A stretch of DNA of 64,000 nucleotides from Macrostomum lignano (taxonomy: Eukaryota): contig NIVC01000144.1 of NCBI GenBank assembly GCA_002269645.1, positions 58,062 through 122,061 of the forward strand. Reading direction: 5' to 3'. The notes beneath the pieces are model-generated. The model saw nothing but the letters and a program-made list of their open reading frames with translations. It ran no database searches and was not told where the DNA came from. Every line of letters begins with the position of its first letter. Positions within the stretch are counted from its first letter, which is position 1. Shown here one piece after another: positions 15,001-27,795 of the stretch. The position numbers were made by a program, and so were the translations under genes.

Positions 15001-16100
15001 GATCATCAGTTGAGGTGCAGCCATTTGCTCAATAGTTTATCATTTGGCCCCTGATGAGCCACTTAACTGTGCAGCTCTTCACTGCTCTGTCTTTATTTCT
15101 ATCTCTCTTGTCTGCCTTCCTGTCTCTCACTTCCTGTCTGTCTGACTGCCTCTCTCCTTGTCTGCCTTCCTGTCTCTCACTTCCTGTCTGTCTGACTGTC
15201 TCTCTCCTTGTCTGCCTTCCTGTCTCTCACTTCCTGTCTGTCTGACTGTCTCTCTCCTTGTCTGCCTTCCTGTCTCTCACTTCCTGTCTGTCTGACTGTC
15301 TGTCTTTCTGTCTGTCTTTCTGTCTGTCTTTCTGTCTGTCTTCCTGTCTGTCTTCATGTCTGTCTTCATGTCTGTCTGACTGTCTGTCTGACTGTCTGTC
15401 TTTCTGTCTATCTTTCTGTCTGTCTTCCTGTCTGTCTTCCTGTCTGTCTTCATGTCTGTCTTTCTGTCTGTCTTCATGTCTGTCTTTCTGTCTGTCTTCC
15501 TGTCTGTCTTTCTGTCTGTCTTTCTGTCTGTCTTCCTGTCTGTCTTTCTGTCTGTCTTCATGTCCGTCTTTCTGTCTGTCTTTCTGTCTGTCTTCATGTC
15601 TGTCTTCATTTCCGTCTTCCTGTCTGTCTTCCTGTCTGTATTCTGTCTGTCTTCCTGTCTGTCTCCCTGTCTGTCTGACTGTCTCTCTTCCTGTCTCTGA
15701 GTCTCCCCGCCAATCATATTGCTTGACCTTAAAATATTTTTTAATCAACTTTAATCCACCTATCTGCAGATTGTAAGGCCATAAAAATCCCAGGATCACA
15801 CTGTTGGGAATCTGCACTTCAGCTGAAATGCACTCAAGTTTATTTTTCTGCTTGCAGGGAGAGAGAGATGGCACCGTGTATGAATCTAAGGGAAAAATAA
15901 TTAAGCCGCAATAAAATAAAAAGTTTGTTAAGCTCACCGAATCGAGCAGGAGTAGCTGGCCTCGGCTTCGCCAGGGGCGGGCATCCTGTCCGGGTCCAGG
16001 TCCGGATCCGAACTTAAGGCGGCCTCTGCCTGCGGCACACTCGGGTTCAAAGCTCGGTTCGGGCTCACGAAGTCAGCCTCTGAAGGTGTGAGGTGTTGGA
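1..16100 (-). CDS. PDE1: Ca2+/calmodulin-dependent cyclic nucleotide phosphodiesterase (PDE1 family), spliced gene; 3' end runs off the left edge
   Basis: Eleven exons with AG/GT boundaries whose phases join in frame: 16100-15938, 14064-13951, 10726-10547, 8923-8857, 8746-8627, 7466-7326, 4133-3907, 3110-3009, 741-621, 249-168, 72-<1. PDE1 N-terminal motifs ([50 protein letters not shown]) and catalytic motifs ([45 protein letters not shown]). Confidence 0.95.
168..249 (-). CDS. PDE1: PDE1 exon ([27 protein letters not shown])
   Basis: cag acceptor, gtaagt donor; conserved PDE SPLCDR and invariant Gln motif. Confidence 0.93.
621..741 (-). CDS. PDE1: PDE1 exon ([40 protein letters not shown])
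   Basis: HxADISHP and EEFFxQ motifs; cag/gt boundaries. Confidence 0.93.
3009..3110 (-). CDS. PDE1: PDE1 exon ([33 protein letters not shown])
   Basis: TDMxxHF motif; cag acceptor, gtgagt donor. Confidence 0.93.
3161..3828. repeat. 20-bp minisatellite (AGACAGAACCCTGATCTGTT), ~33 copies
   Basis: Direct inspection. Confidence 0.95.
3907..4133 (-). CDS. PDE1: PDE1 exon with HD metal-binding motif ([14 protein letters not shown]...LENHH)
   Basis: PDEase signature; cag acceptor, gtgaga donor. Confidence 0.95.
4432..6034. repeat. Purine-rich 10-bp array (GGAGATGAGT and variants)
   Basis: Direct inspection. Confidence 0.95.
6557..7282. repeat. 16-bp minisatellite (CCATATTGTCACTCTT grading to CCATCCCGTCACTCTT)
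   Basis: Direct inspection. Confidence 0.95.
7326..7466 (-). CDS. PDE1: PDE1 exon ([47 protein letters not shown])
   Basis: NPYHNxxHxADVxQ motif; cag acceptor, gtgagt donor. Confidence 0.93.
7532..8530. repeat. 30-bp minisatellite (GAGAGTGACAAAGTGACGGAGTGACCATGA and variants)
   Basis: Direct inspection. Confidence 0.93.
8627..8746 (-). CDS. PDE1: PDE1 exon ([40 protein letters not shown])
   Basis: Start of catalytic domain; tttttag acceptor, gtgagc donor. Confidence 0.92.
8857..8923 (-). CDS. PDE1: PDE1 exon ([22 protein letters not shown])
   Basis: Phases match both neighbouring exons; cag/gtacag boundaries. Confidence 0.85.
9058..10512. repeat. 22-bp GA-rich minisatellite (GGGAGACAGAGATGGGGAGAGA)
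   Basis: Direct inspection. Confidence 0.95.
10547..10726 (-). CDS. PDE1: PDE1 exon, PDEase_I_N / second CaM-binding region
   Basis: [31 protein letters not shown]...[19 protein letters not shown]; cag/gtgcgc. Confidence 0.93.
11104..11170. promoter_or_regulatory. Intronic promoter-like motifs: TTTGAATTCCCGCG (CHR/E2F-like) and two RFX X-box-like sites
   Basis: GTTGCCATGGTGAT at 11126-11139 and GTTGCTAAGG at 11161-11170; similar TTTGAATTACCGCG at ~10771. Confidence 0.3.
11698..12070. repeat. 15-bp pyrimidine array (CTACCCCCTTCTCTT)
   Basis: Direct inspection. Confidence 0.9.
12563..13862. repeat. 40-bp compound array grading into pure 12-mers (CAGTGCCTGTCC)
   Basis: Direct inspection. Confidence 0.93.
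13951..14064 (-). CDS. PDE1: PDE1 exon, first CaM-binding region ([39 protein letters not shown])
   Basis: Matches PDE1 N-terminal consensus; ttttcag/gtgagg. Confidence 0.92.
14443..14640. repeat. 8-bp repeat (ACTCACGA/ACTCACAA)
   Basis: Direct inspection. Confidence 0.9.
15085..15705. repeat. TCTG-based compound microsatellite
   Basis: Direct inspection. Confidence 0.9.
15938..16100 (-). CDS. PDE1: PDE1 N-terminal exon ([54 protein letters not shown])
   Basis: Open frame; gcag acceptor, gtgagc donor; phase-2 end fits the 14064 exon. Confidence 0.75.
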
Positions 16101-16104
16101 CTGC

Positions 16105-16415
16105 GTCAGTCAGTCAGTCAGTCAGTCAGTCAGTCAGTCAGTCAGTCAGTCAGTCAGTCAGTCAGTCAGTCAGTCAGTCAGTCAGTCAGTCAGTCAGTCA
16201 GTCAGTCAGTCAGTCAGTCAGTCAGTCAGTCAGTCAGTCAGTCAGTCAGTCAGTCAGTCAGTCAGTCAGTCAGTCAGTCAGTCAGTCAGTCAGTCAGTCA
16301 GTCAGTCAGTCAGTCAGTCAGTCAGTCAGTCAGTCAGTCAGTCAGTCAGTCAGTCAGTCAGTCAGTCAGTCAGTCAGTCAGTCAGTCAGTCAGTCAGTCA
16401 GTCAGTCAGTCAGTC
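16105..16415. repeat. Pure (GTCA)n microsatellite, ~78 units
   Basis: Direct inspection. Confidence 0.97.
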
Positions 16416-16767
16416 GACCTCAGTCTGCACAAAAATACGAATAAAATCTATCCCTAATTCCTTTAGACCTCACTCAGCTATCCCACATCCCGCAACCCTC
16501 CTCATCCTCCTCATCGCGTTTTTTCAGCTTCAGCGGGCGCGGGACGCTTGTCTCCTCAGAGCAAAGTAGCTGATGCTATCTGAATTATTAGATTTTCTAG
16601 CTGAGGAACTTCTCAGATGGGGGATGCGAGGAAATGAGGGACTATGGATTTCGAATTGTTCCAATGGTGGGCTGCCCTATGTGCCTGCACTTTTACTGCC
16701 CGGGGTAAACAGCTAAGTTTTTGGGAGAACTTGTGAGTCATTTTCTCGGCTATGGTGTCCAGGGGTG

Positions 16768-19135
16768 TATGTCTTTGTTCTAAAGTGTGTGTCTTTGGTC
16801 TAGTGTGTGTGTGTCTTTGGTCTAAAGTGTGCCTTTGGTCTAAAGTGTGTCTTCTTGGTGTAAGTTTCTTTAGTCTAAAGTGTGTGTCTTTGGTCTAAGT
16901 GTGTCTTTAGTCTAAAGTGTGTTTTTGGTCTAAAGTGTGTCTTTGGTCTAAAGTGTGCTTTTGGTCTAAAGTGTGTCTTTGATCTAAAGTGTGTCTTTGG
17001 TCTAAAGTGTGCGTATTTGGTCTAGAGTGTGTGTCTTTGGTCTAATTGTGTCCTTGGTCTAAAGTGTGTGTATTTGGTCTAGAGTGTGTGCCTTTAGTCT
17101 AAAGTGTGCCTTTGGTCTAAAGTGCGTGTCTTTGGTCTAAAGTGCGTGTCTTTGGTCTAAAGTGCGTGTCTTTGGTCTAAAGTGTGTGTCTTTGGTCTAA
17201 AGTGCGTGTCTTTGGTCTAAAGTGCGTGTCTTTGGTCTAAAGTGCGTGTCTTTGGTTTAAAGTGTGTCTTTGGTCTAAAGTGCGTGTCTTTGGTCTAAAG
17301 TGCGTGTCTTTGGTCTAAAGTGCGTGTCTTTGGTCTAAAGTGCGTGTCTTTGGTCTAAAGTGCGTGTCTTTAGTCTAAAGTGTGTCTTTGGTTTATAGTG
17401 TGTCTTTGGTTTATAGTGTGTCTTTGGTCTAAAGTGTGTCTTTGGTTTATAGTGTGTCTTTGGTCTAAAGTGTGTCTTTGGTTTATAGTGTGTCTTTTGG
17501 TCTTAAGTGTGTCTTTGGTTTATAGTGTGTCTTTGGTTTATAGTGTGTCTTTGGTCTAAAGTGTGTCTTTGGTTTATAGTGTGTCTTTGGTCTAAAGTGT
17601 GTCTTTGGTTTATAGTGTGTCTTTTGGTCTAAAGTGTGTCTTTGGTTTATAGTGTGTCTTCTTGATCTAAAGTGTGTCTTTAGTCTAAAGTGTGCCTTTG
17701 GTCTAAAGTGTGCCTTTGGTCTAAAGTGTGTCTTCTTGGTGTAAGTTTCTTTAGTCGAAAGTGTGTGTCTTTGGTCTAAGTGTGTCTTTAGTCTAAAGTG
17801 TGTCTTTGGTCTAAAGTGTGTTTTTGGTCTAAAGTGTGTTTTTGGTCTAAAGTGTGTCTTTGGTCTAAAGTGTGCTTTTGGTCTAAAGTGTGTCTTTGAT
17901 CTAAAGTGTGCCTTTGGTCTAAAGTGTGCCTTTGGTCTAAAGTGCGTGTCTTTGGTCTAGAGTGTGTGTCTTTGGTTTATAGTGTGTCTTTGGTCTAAAG
18001 TGTGTCTTTGGTTTATAGTGTGTCTTTGGTCTAAAGTGTGTCTTTGGTTTATAGTGTGTCTTTTGGTCTAAAGTGTGTCTTTGGTTTATAGTGTGTCTTC
18101 TTGATCTAAAGTGTGTCTTTAGTCTAAAGTGTGCCTTTGATCTAAAGTGTGCCTTTGGTCTAAAGCGTATCTTAGCTCTAAAATGTGTCTTTGGCTTAAA
18201 GTGTGTGTCTTTGGTCTCAAGTGTGTGTCTTTGGTCTAAAGTGTGTCTTTGGTCTAAAGTGTGTGTCTTTGGTTTAAAGTGTGTCTTTGGTTTATAGTGT
18301 GTCTTTTGGTCTAAAGTGTGTCTTTGGTTTATAGTGTGTCTTCTTGGTCTAAAGTGTGTCTTTAGTCTAAAGTGTGCCTTTGGTCTAAAGCGTATCTTCG
18401 CTCTAAAATGTGTCTTTGGCTTAAAGTGTGTGTCTTTGGTCTCAAGTGTGTGTCTTTGGTCTAAAGTGTGTGTCTTTGGTCTAAAGTGTGTGTCTTTGGT
18501 TTAAAGTGTGTCTTTGGTTTATAGTGTGTCTTTTGGTCTAAAGTGTGTCTTTGGTTTATAGTGTGTCTTCTTGGTCTAAAGTGTGTCTTTAGTCTAAAGT
18601 GTGCCTTTGGTCTAAAGCGTATCTTCGCTCTAAAATGTGTCTTTGGCTTAAAGTGTGTGTCTTTGGTCTCAAGTGTGTGTCTTTGGTCTAAAGTGTGTGT
18701 CTTTGGTCTAAAGTGTGTGTCTTTGGTTTAAAGTGTGTCTTTGGTTTATAGTGTGTCTTTTGGTCTAAAGTGTGTCTTTGGTTTATAGTGTGTCTTCTTG
18801 GTCTAAAGTGTGTCTTTAGTCTAAAGTGTGCCTTTGGTCTAAAGCGTATCTTCGCTCTAAAATGTGTCTTTGGCTTAAAGTGTGTGTCTTTGGTCTCAAG
18901 TGTGTGTCTTTGGTCTAAAGTGTGTGTCTTTGGTCTAAAGTGTGTGTCTTTGGTTTAAAGTGTGTCTTTGGTTTATAGTGTGTCTTTTGGTCTAAAGTGT
19001 GTCTTTGGTTTATAGTGTGTCTTCTTGGTCTAAAGTGTGTCTTTAGTCTAAAGTGTGCCTTTGGTCTAAAGCGTATCTTCGCTCTAAAATGTGTCTTTGG
19101 CTTAAAGTTTGTGTCTTTGGTCTAAGTGTGTTTGT
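16768..19135. repeat. 18/20-bp satellite (TGTGTCTTTGGTCTAAAG) with a 227-bp higher-order repeat
   Basis: Identical blocks start at 18316, 18543 and 18770. Confidence 0.93.
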
Positions 19136-19767
19136 AGTGTAAAACGTGCCTTTCGTTCACCAAAGTGAGTATCTAATCTAGAATTGTGTCGAGCGAGGTT
19201 AATCAATTGAATTCCAGCAGTTTTGAGCCGAACTCTGACAGGATCAGTGAGATACCGGAGAGTGCAGACCAAGCAAAGAGCATTGAAAATCGAAAACCTA
19301 TATTGTTGCCAATGCGGGTCTACTCACATTCTTAAAGCTGACTCGTGATATGCTGATCTCAAAAAAATCTAGAACATATCCAGTCGAACTTTGAGTTGAG
19401 TGTTTTGATTTTTGTGTGTACTGTTCGATGAATCGAACGCACTCGCTTGAGTCTGGTGGAAGGTTTTTCTAGGATAAATCACATCTCTAGGATGAGGCCG
19501 GTGCAGTATCTGTTTTAAGCTACGCCCGTTCCTCGTCACAACCAATACCGAAAGCAAACCAATGGGAAGCCGTTCAATGGGAGTTTTTTCTGGGACACTT
19601 CCTGTTTTGACTGATTCATAACAAAAACAAATAATGAAATAGCTAATGAAGAATAAATAGAAATAATTAGAACTACAAAATAGTTATTTTGTAGCATACT
19701 TAACCCAGAATATTTAAGCGGCAGTGAAGTTCCTTGAAACTCTTATTAAAAGACAGAATTCCACGAA

Positions 19768-20405
19768 AAAGTTTTTGAAGGATCACAGACATTCCTGGAA
19801 AGGCATTTTTGAAAGGCCGCAGACATTCTTGGAAAGGCATTTTTGAAGGGCCACAGACATTCCTGGAAACATTTTATTGAATGGCCGCAGACATTCCTGG
19901 AAAGGCATTTTTGAAGGGCCGCAGACATTCCTGGAAATCTTTTATTGAAGGGCTGCAGACATTCCTGGAAACCTTTTATTGAAGGGCCGCAGACATTCCT
20001 GGAAAGGCATTTTTGAAGGGCCACAGTCATTCTTTGAAAGGCATTATTGAAGGGCCGCAGTCATTCTTGGAAAGGCATTTTTGAAGGGCCGCAGTCATTC
20101 TTGGAAAGGCATTTTTGAAGGGCCGCAGACATTCCTGGAAAGGCATTTTTGAATGGCCGCAGACATTCCTGGAAAGGCATTTTTGAAGGGCCGCAGACAT
20201 TCCTGGAAAGGCCTTTATTGAAGGGCCGCAGACATTCCTGGAAAGGCATTTTTGAAGGGCCGCAGACATTCCTGGAAAGGCCTTTATTGAAGGGCCGCAG
20301 ACATTCCTGGAAAGGCCTTTATTGAAGGGCCGCAGACATTCCTGGAAAGGCATTTTTGAAGGGCCGCAGACATTCCTGGAAAGGCCTTTTTGAAGGGCCG
20401 CAGAA
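19768..20405. repeat. ~34-bp minisatellite (GAAGGGCCGCAGACATTCCTGGAAAGGCATTTTT)
   Basis: Direct inspection. Confidence 0.93.
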
Positions 20406-21037
20406 ATTCCTAGAGACCAGAATATTTTAGCGACTGTATGAAAGTTGTGGATAATCAGTGATTTCACAGCCATGAAATTTTTTTAAAAATCTAAAAATTT
20501 CAAGGTCATTGAAATTCCCGGAAGCACCACTGACGTTCCAGAAAAGCACATTTCTACAAAACATTTTGACTGAGCACATATTGGTTGGATGAAGTATATA
20601 AAAAAGCAAAAAAATGCGTCAGTTAAATTAATAAAAGGGCCATGAATTTTTTCTGTACTGACCTTATCAACCTCGATGTTAAAGGGGTTGACAGCCGAAA
20701 ATATATTTAATATTTCTCCGATTTTCGGGACAGAAAATCGAAACGTTTGTAGCGATCCCGGTCTGGTTAGCTTCGGGCTGTTTCGAGAAATCGATATATT
20801 TACAAAATTAAACATTGAGTTCTTTACTTATAGTAGACACACACAAATCTAGGACATTGTTATCTAAATTGTTATTTACAAAATTATTATTTTCATTTAT
20901 CGATAAAATGGAAGCATTTGCAGGATAAAATTAATGACCCTTCAATAAATGGCCCTTCAATAAAAAAATTAATGATTTTTATCAAACAATTTGACTTTTG
21001 AACACATAAAAGCGCATAAAATCGCAAAAGTGCTCAC

Positions 21038-21089
21038 TTGCCGACTCAACCAGAATTTGAGGTCTGTGACATCTCGCATTCTCATCCAT
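21038..21089 (-). CDS. Candidate first coding exon of PDE1 (MDENARCHRPQILVESA)
   Basis: ATG at 21089, gtgagc donor, 52 nt = phase 1, compatible with the 16100 exon. Confidence 0.5.
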
Positions 21090-21461
21090 GGCTCAATCAG
21101 AAATATCCTTCCTTTGAGCTTGCTGTTTGAGTTTTAACAGATAGTCAAGACTTTACTTTTCTGTCAAAGATTGCAACCTCTCTGCATAGCAACGAATACA
21201 GTGATAAATACATTGGACTGTCTCAACTGCTTGGATCTAAAAATGCACCAATGGTAGGGCAGGGATCTGCTTGGGCTAGCGATCGGCCAATGGCTGCCTC
21301 AGTTTCGTTACATTCGTTCTTCACTTCACTTGCATGTGGGGATGAAGTGTGCAGAGAGGCGGCGGATGAACCATTCAAAGGTGGAGATGGGGGCGGGGAT
21401 CGGACGGAGAGCAAGGCTGAGGACGAGAAGAGGTGAGACATTGCGGAGGAGTAGACGAGAG

Positions 21462-21990
21462 GGAGATGGCAGGAGGGAGAGGAGAGAGATGGCAGCAGAG
21501 GAGAAAGATGGCAGCAGAGAGGAGAGAGATGGCAGCAGAGAGAGGAGAGAGATGGAAGCAGAGAGAGGAGAGAGATGGCAGCAGAGGAGAAAGATGGCAG
21601 CAGAGAGGAGAGAGATGGCAGCAGAGAGAGGAGAGAGATGGCAGCAGAGAGAGGAGAGAGATGGAAGCAGAGAGAGGAGAGAGATGGCAGCAGAGGAGAA
21701 AGATGGCAGCAGAGAGGAGAGAGATGGCAGCAGAGGAGAAAGATGGCAGCAGAGAGGAGAGAGATGGCAGCAGAGAGAGGAGAGAGATGGAAGCAGAGAG
21801 AGGAGAGAGATGGCAGCAGAGAGAGGAGAGAGATGGCAGCAGAGAGAGGAGAGAGATGGCAGCAGAGAGAGGAGAGAGATGGCAGCAGAGAGAGGAGAGA
21901 GGTGGCAGCAGAGAGAGGAGAGAGATGGCAGCAGAGGAGAAAGATGGCAGCAGAGAGAGGAGAGAGATGGCAGCAGAGAGAGGAGAGAGA
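21462..21990. repeat. GA/GGCAGCA compound array
   Basis: Direct inspection. Confidence 0.9.
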
Positions 21991-22359
21991 CGACAAGAGT
22001 TTAGGGGCAGCAATAATGTATAAAAGGGATTTTCACTCGGCACAATCCTGCACACTTTTCCCAGCCATCACGAATAAACTTGTAAGCTGAAGAAAATTGA
22101 TTTTCGTTCAAAGCTGAGCCGGCAATCAGCGAGAATTCATCAAAGCAAGAGGCAAATCAAATGGTCAATTCGGAGCCGAATGAAAGATGGGAGAGAGAAA
22201 AGGAAAGAAAAAATAAATCTGAATGAATTTTGGCACCGGAGCGGCAGCACCCCAGTCAGCAGCTCTGGGAGGGTGCTGGGGAACTGGCGGTGCCCTACAT
22301 TTCACTCCACATTTCATGGATTGCAATGTCTTAAAGCCTTATGTCGAGTGACGCGTGGA

Positions 22360-23989
<1,630 letters not shown>

Positions 23990-24539
23990 CAGACAGATAG
24001 CGTTTGAATTTGCGCCATAAGCGAGGCATCAATTGACAATTTGAGCAATTTTGAGTTGCTACGCCAGAGAGTGCATCTGCACTTCCGCTCTTTAGGGAAT
24101 TCGAGCTGCTCAGCTCAATACTACGGGATGTTTCGAGTGAATGGCACAGGAAATTTTAAAAAAAGCCTGGCTTGCTTTAAAACGTCAGCCAGCATTGCTG
24201 GTTGGTGGAGGCGGCTTTGTTTTTTTGCACGGAGCGATTTCATGAAGTTGAGAAAGAAGCTGATGATGGGAAGCCATGCGCCCGGCCCGCAGACTCTCTA
24301 TTGTTCTGCCAGTTGCATTCAAAAAAATTTTTCTGATCCCTGCATTCTCGCTTTTATGATGGACCGATGGGTGAAAATGGGGATGTTTGTCGGGAGCACA
24401 GAACTGAAGGCAAACTTTTAGTAGCATGATGATGGGATGATGGAGAATGGTTGGGTTGAGAGAGGAGCGAAGTTCCAACTAAAGTTGAGTACAGTAAAGT
24501 AGAGTATCTTAGTAAGAAATGTAAAAAAAAGATTTAGAT

Positions 24540-24910
24540 TACAGTAGAGTAGACTTCAGTAGAGTAGAGTGGTGTAAAGTAGAGCAGAGGGCAGTAGAGT
24601 AGAGAGTAGAGGGCAGTAGACTAGAGAGTAGAGGGCAGTAGACTAGAGAGTAGATGGCAGTAGAGTAAAGAGTAGAGGGCAGTAGACTAGAGAGTAGAGG
24701 GCAGTAGACTAGAGAGTAGAGGGCAGTAGACTAGAGAGTAGAGGGCAGTAGAGTAGAGAGTAGAGGACAGTAGACTAGAGAGTAGAGGGCAGTAGAGAGT
24801 AGAGGACAGTAGAGTAGAGAGGACAGTAGAGTAGAGAGTAGAGGGCAGTAGAGTAGAGAGTAGAGAACAGTAGAGAGTAGAGGGCAGTAGAGTAGAGAGT
24901 AGAGTAGAGG
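24540..24910. repeat. AGTAGAG-based array
   Basis: Direct inspection. Confidence 0.88.
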
Positions 24911-25484
24911 GTAGCCGTGGGCAAGAGTCAACACCAGCTTTCAGTCAGTCAGTGGGCATTTTCATCACAGTTCCAGTTGAAGGTCAAAGTGAACTGACAG
25001 AGTGCTTCAGTGCACTGTTGTCATCAGTAGTTGCAAATGCGCAGCGCAGGCCAAGTTTAAACAGAAACGAACTTGTGATAAACGGAGGGAGGTTTTTGTT
25101 TAGCCGAAACCCTTGCCAAGTTATACCGAGAATACTTAAGCGAAGGTTATTTTCCAATTAGCCGGTAGCTGGAACATTTGTGTATTAGAATTTATTCTTT
25201 ATTTTATAGCAGGATATGAGGAAGACCCTGCACTGCAGTTTCGCGAAGCCAAGCGTATGAAGGAAGTCCCGCCTTTGTCAGATGGCGGCTGGTAAATTTG
25301 TTTTGTAAAATAGGGAAATTATCTAGTAGAAGGGATTAATCCTGTGATTGGACCACGCCCTTGCTTAATCCTGGATCTCCGTAGAGAAGATTATTATTAA
25401 CTGATTACAAATCGGGAGTTACTCCAGCCGATAGCGCAAAAAAAGTTTAGATTTTATAATATCTAGACACTCGTAGATAGAAGG

Positions 25485-26305
25485 CCGTCTGGGTATCTAG
25501 AAGAGTGTCTGAGTATCTCCAAGGGTTTCTGGGTATCTAGAAAACCGTCTGGGTATATAGAGAAGTGTCTATTATCTATAATTATGTCTAGGTATCTAGA
25601 AGAGTGTCTGGGTATATAGATGAGTTTCTGGGTATCTAGATTAGTGTCTGGGTATCTAGATGAGTGTCTGGGTATCTAGAATGGTATCTTGCTATCAAAA
25701 TGATACCTATATATCTAGAAGGGTCTATAGGTATTTAGAAAAGTGTCTGGGTATCTAGTCGAGTGTCTGGGTATCTAGACGAGTTTTTGGGTATCAAGAG
25801 GAGTCTCTGGGTATCTAGAATGGTATCTTGCTATCAAAATGATACCTATAAATCTAGAAGGGTCTATAGGTATTTAGAAAAGTGTCTGGGTATCTAGACG
25901 AGTGTCTGGGTATCTAGACGAGTTTTTGGGTATCAAGAGGAGTCTCTGGGTATCCACAAGGGTATCTGGATATTTAGTAAGGTTGGTGGGTATTTAAAAA
26001 GGTTTATGGGTACCCAGGAGGGTGTGCGGTTATCCAGAAGTCTGTCTGGGTAGCTAAAAATGTGTCTGGGTATTTAGAGGAATGTTTGGGATCTGGGTAT
26101 CCAGAAGGGTGTCTATGTGTCTAGAAGGGTGTCTGGGTATACAGAAGGGTGTCTGGGTATCCAGAAGGGTGTCTGGGTATCCAGAAGGGTGTCTGGGTAT
26201 CCAGAAGGGTGTCTGGGTATCCAGAATGGTGTCTGGGTATCCAGAAGGGTGTCTGGGTATCCAGAAGGGTGTCTGGGTATCCAGTAGGGTGTCTGGGTGT
26301 CTAGA
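25485..26305. repeat. 20-bp minisatellite (GTGTCTGGGTATCCAGAAGG), diverged at its left end
   Basis: Direct inspection. Confidence 0.88.
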
Positions 26306-26391
26306 AGGGTGTCTGAGGCCCTTGAAATGAGATTAGAAGCATCTGTAACAGCACCAGTGATTTCATACGAGGCAATCAATGCTGCATTTAC

Positions 26392-26632
26392 CTTCGCCAA
26401 CTCTTCGACTCGTGCCGTTCATTGGGGCAGCGGCGGCTCCACCCGCCGAGATGCCGGCCACTCGGGGCAGGTTGATTTGCTTCTTGGCCTCCCGGCCTGG
26501 CGTGAGCTGTCTGGGCGCTGGCTGCACCTGCAGGATCCGAGCTGCCTGACCGGGCGATGCGGCTGCCCCGGCGCTGCGCTGTTGTGCGGGTGGGCGATTG
26601 GATGAGCGATTGACAGCTGGTGAACTTATCAT
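26392..26632 (-). CDS. Candidate alternative first coding exon of PDE1 (MISSPAVNRSSNRPPAQQ...SRRVGE)
   Basis: GC-rich ORF from ATG 26632 to gtaaat donor; 241 nt = phase 1. Confidence 0.4.
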
Positions 26633-26704
26633 AGTAGGGGGCTGGTTAGCTTAGTAGTTGTGGGCGAGCGCGGGAATGAGGAGGAGTGGCGCTTTTGTGA
26701 CTCC

Positions 26705-27795
26705 GGCGCCACTGTGACACAACTGAATTTGCGTCAGAACGACAGCTGATGTGGCGCCAAAGTAATATCTGATGTGGCGCCACAATGCCATGAAAGATTG
26801 GCACCACAGTGACACACAGGAGTTGGCACCACAGTGACACACAGGAGTTGGCGCCACAGTGACACACAGGAGTTGGCGCCACAGTGACACACAGGAGTTG
26901 GCGCCACAGTGACACACAGGATGTGGCGCCACAATGACATGAAAGATTGGCGCCACAGTGACACACAGGATTTGGCGCCACAATGACATTAAAGATCGGC
27001 GCCACAATGCCATGAGAGATTGGCGTCACAATGACGTTAAAGATTGGCGCCACAGTGACATCTGATGTGGCGCCACAGTGACACTCAAGACGCGCTATTT
27101 TCCTGCTTTCTAATTTCTAGTAACTATCTGTATAAATACTCACGAAGCCGCAGCTGAAGCCTCGCGGATGCAGGAGTGCAGGATTTCAGCAAGGAGATTT
27201 GGGAAATGGTGGGGGGAAGCAGGAAAAATGAAGAGCAGGAAATTAGTAGCGCTACGCTACTAGGGGAAAAAGAAGCCTTTGTAAAACTGAAAGGCATTGT
27301 GTAGCAGCACGCCCGGGTTTCGTATTATAATTAATAAGGCTCGGAGGCTCAAGCTGAGACAGTAAAAGAGAAACCAACTCATAACTCTCAGTTCTGTCAC
27401 CACAGCGGCGTTAGATATGTACAATATTGAAGAGGATCCTTTCTGCGTGTGCATCAGGCTTTCACCTGCTTGACTGAGTCAATATCTTTTTCAATGCTTT
27501 TGAATTCACCTGGTGCCATTATAAGCACCTTTGTCTGGCGCCACTATAAGGACCTTCGTCTGGCGCCACTATAAGGACCTTCGTCTGGCGCCACTATAAG
27601 GACCTTCGTCTGGCGCCACTATAAGGACCTTCATCTGGCGCCACTATAAGGACCTTCACCTGGCGCCACTATAAGGACCTTCACCTGGCGCCACTATAAG
27701 GACCTTCGTCTGGCGCCACTATAAGGACCTTCGTCTAGCGCCACTATAAGGACCTTCACCTGGCGCCACTATAAGGACCTTCACCTGGCGCCACT
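26705..27795. repeat. Two 25-bp arrays sharing a TGGCGCCAC core (26705-27085 and 27533-27795)
   Basis: Direct inspection. Confidence 0.88.

Noticed and set aside
24041-24478. Overlapping 126-aa and 97-aa ORFs in unique intronic sequence
   Set aside because: No motif and no convincing splice donor in a compatible phase.
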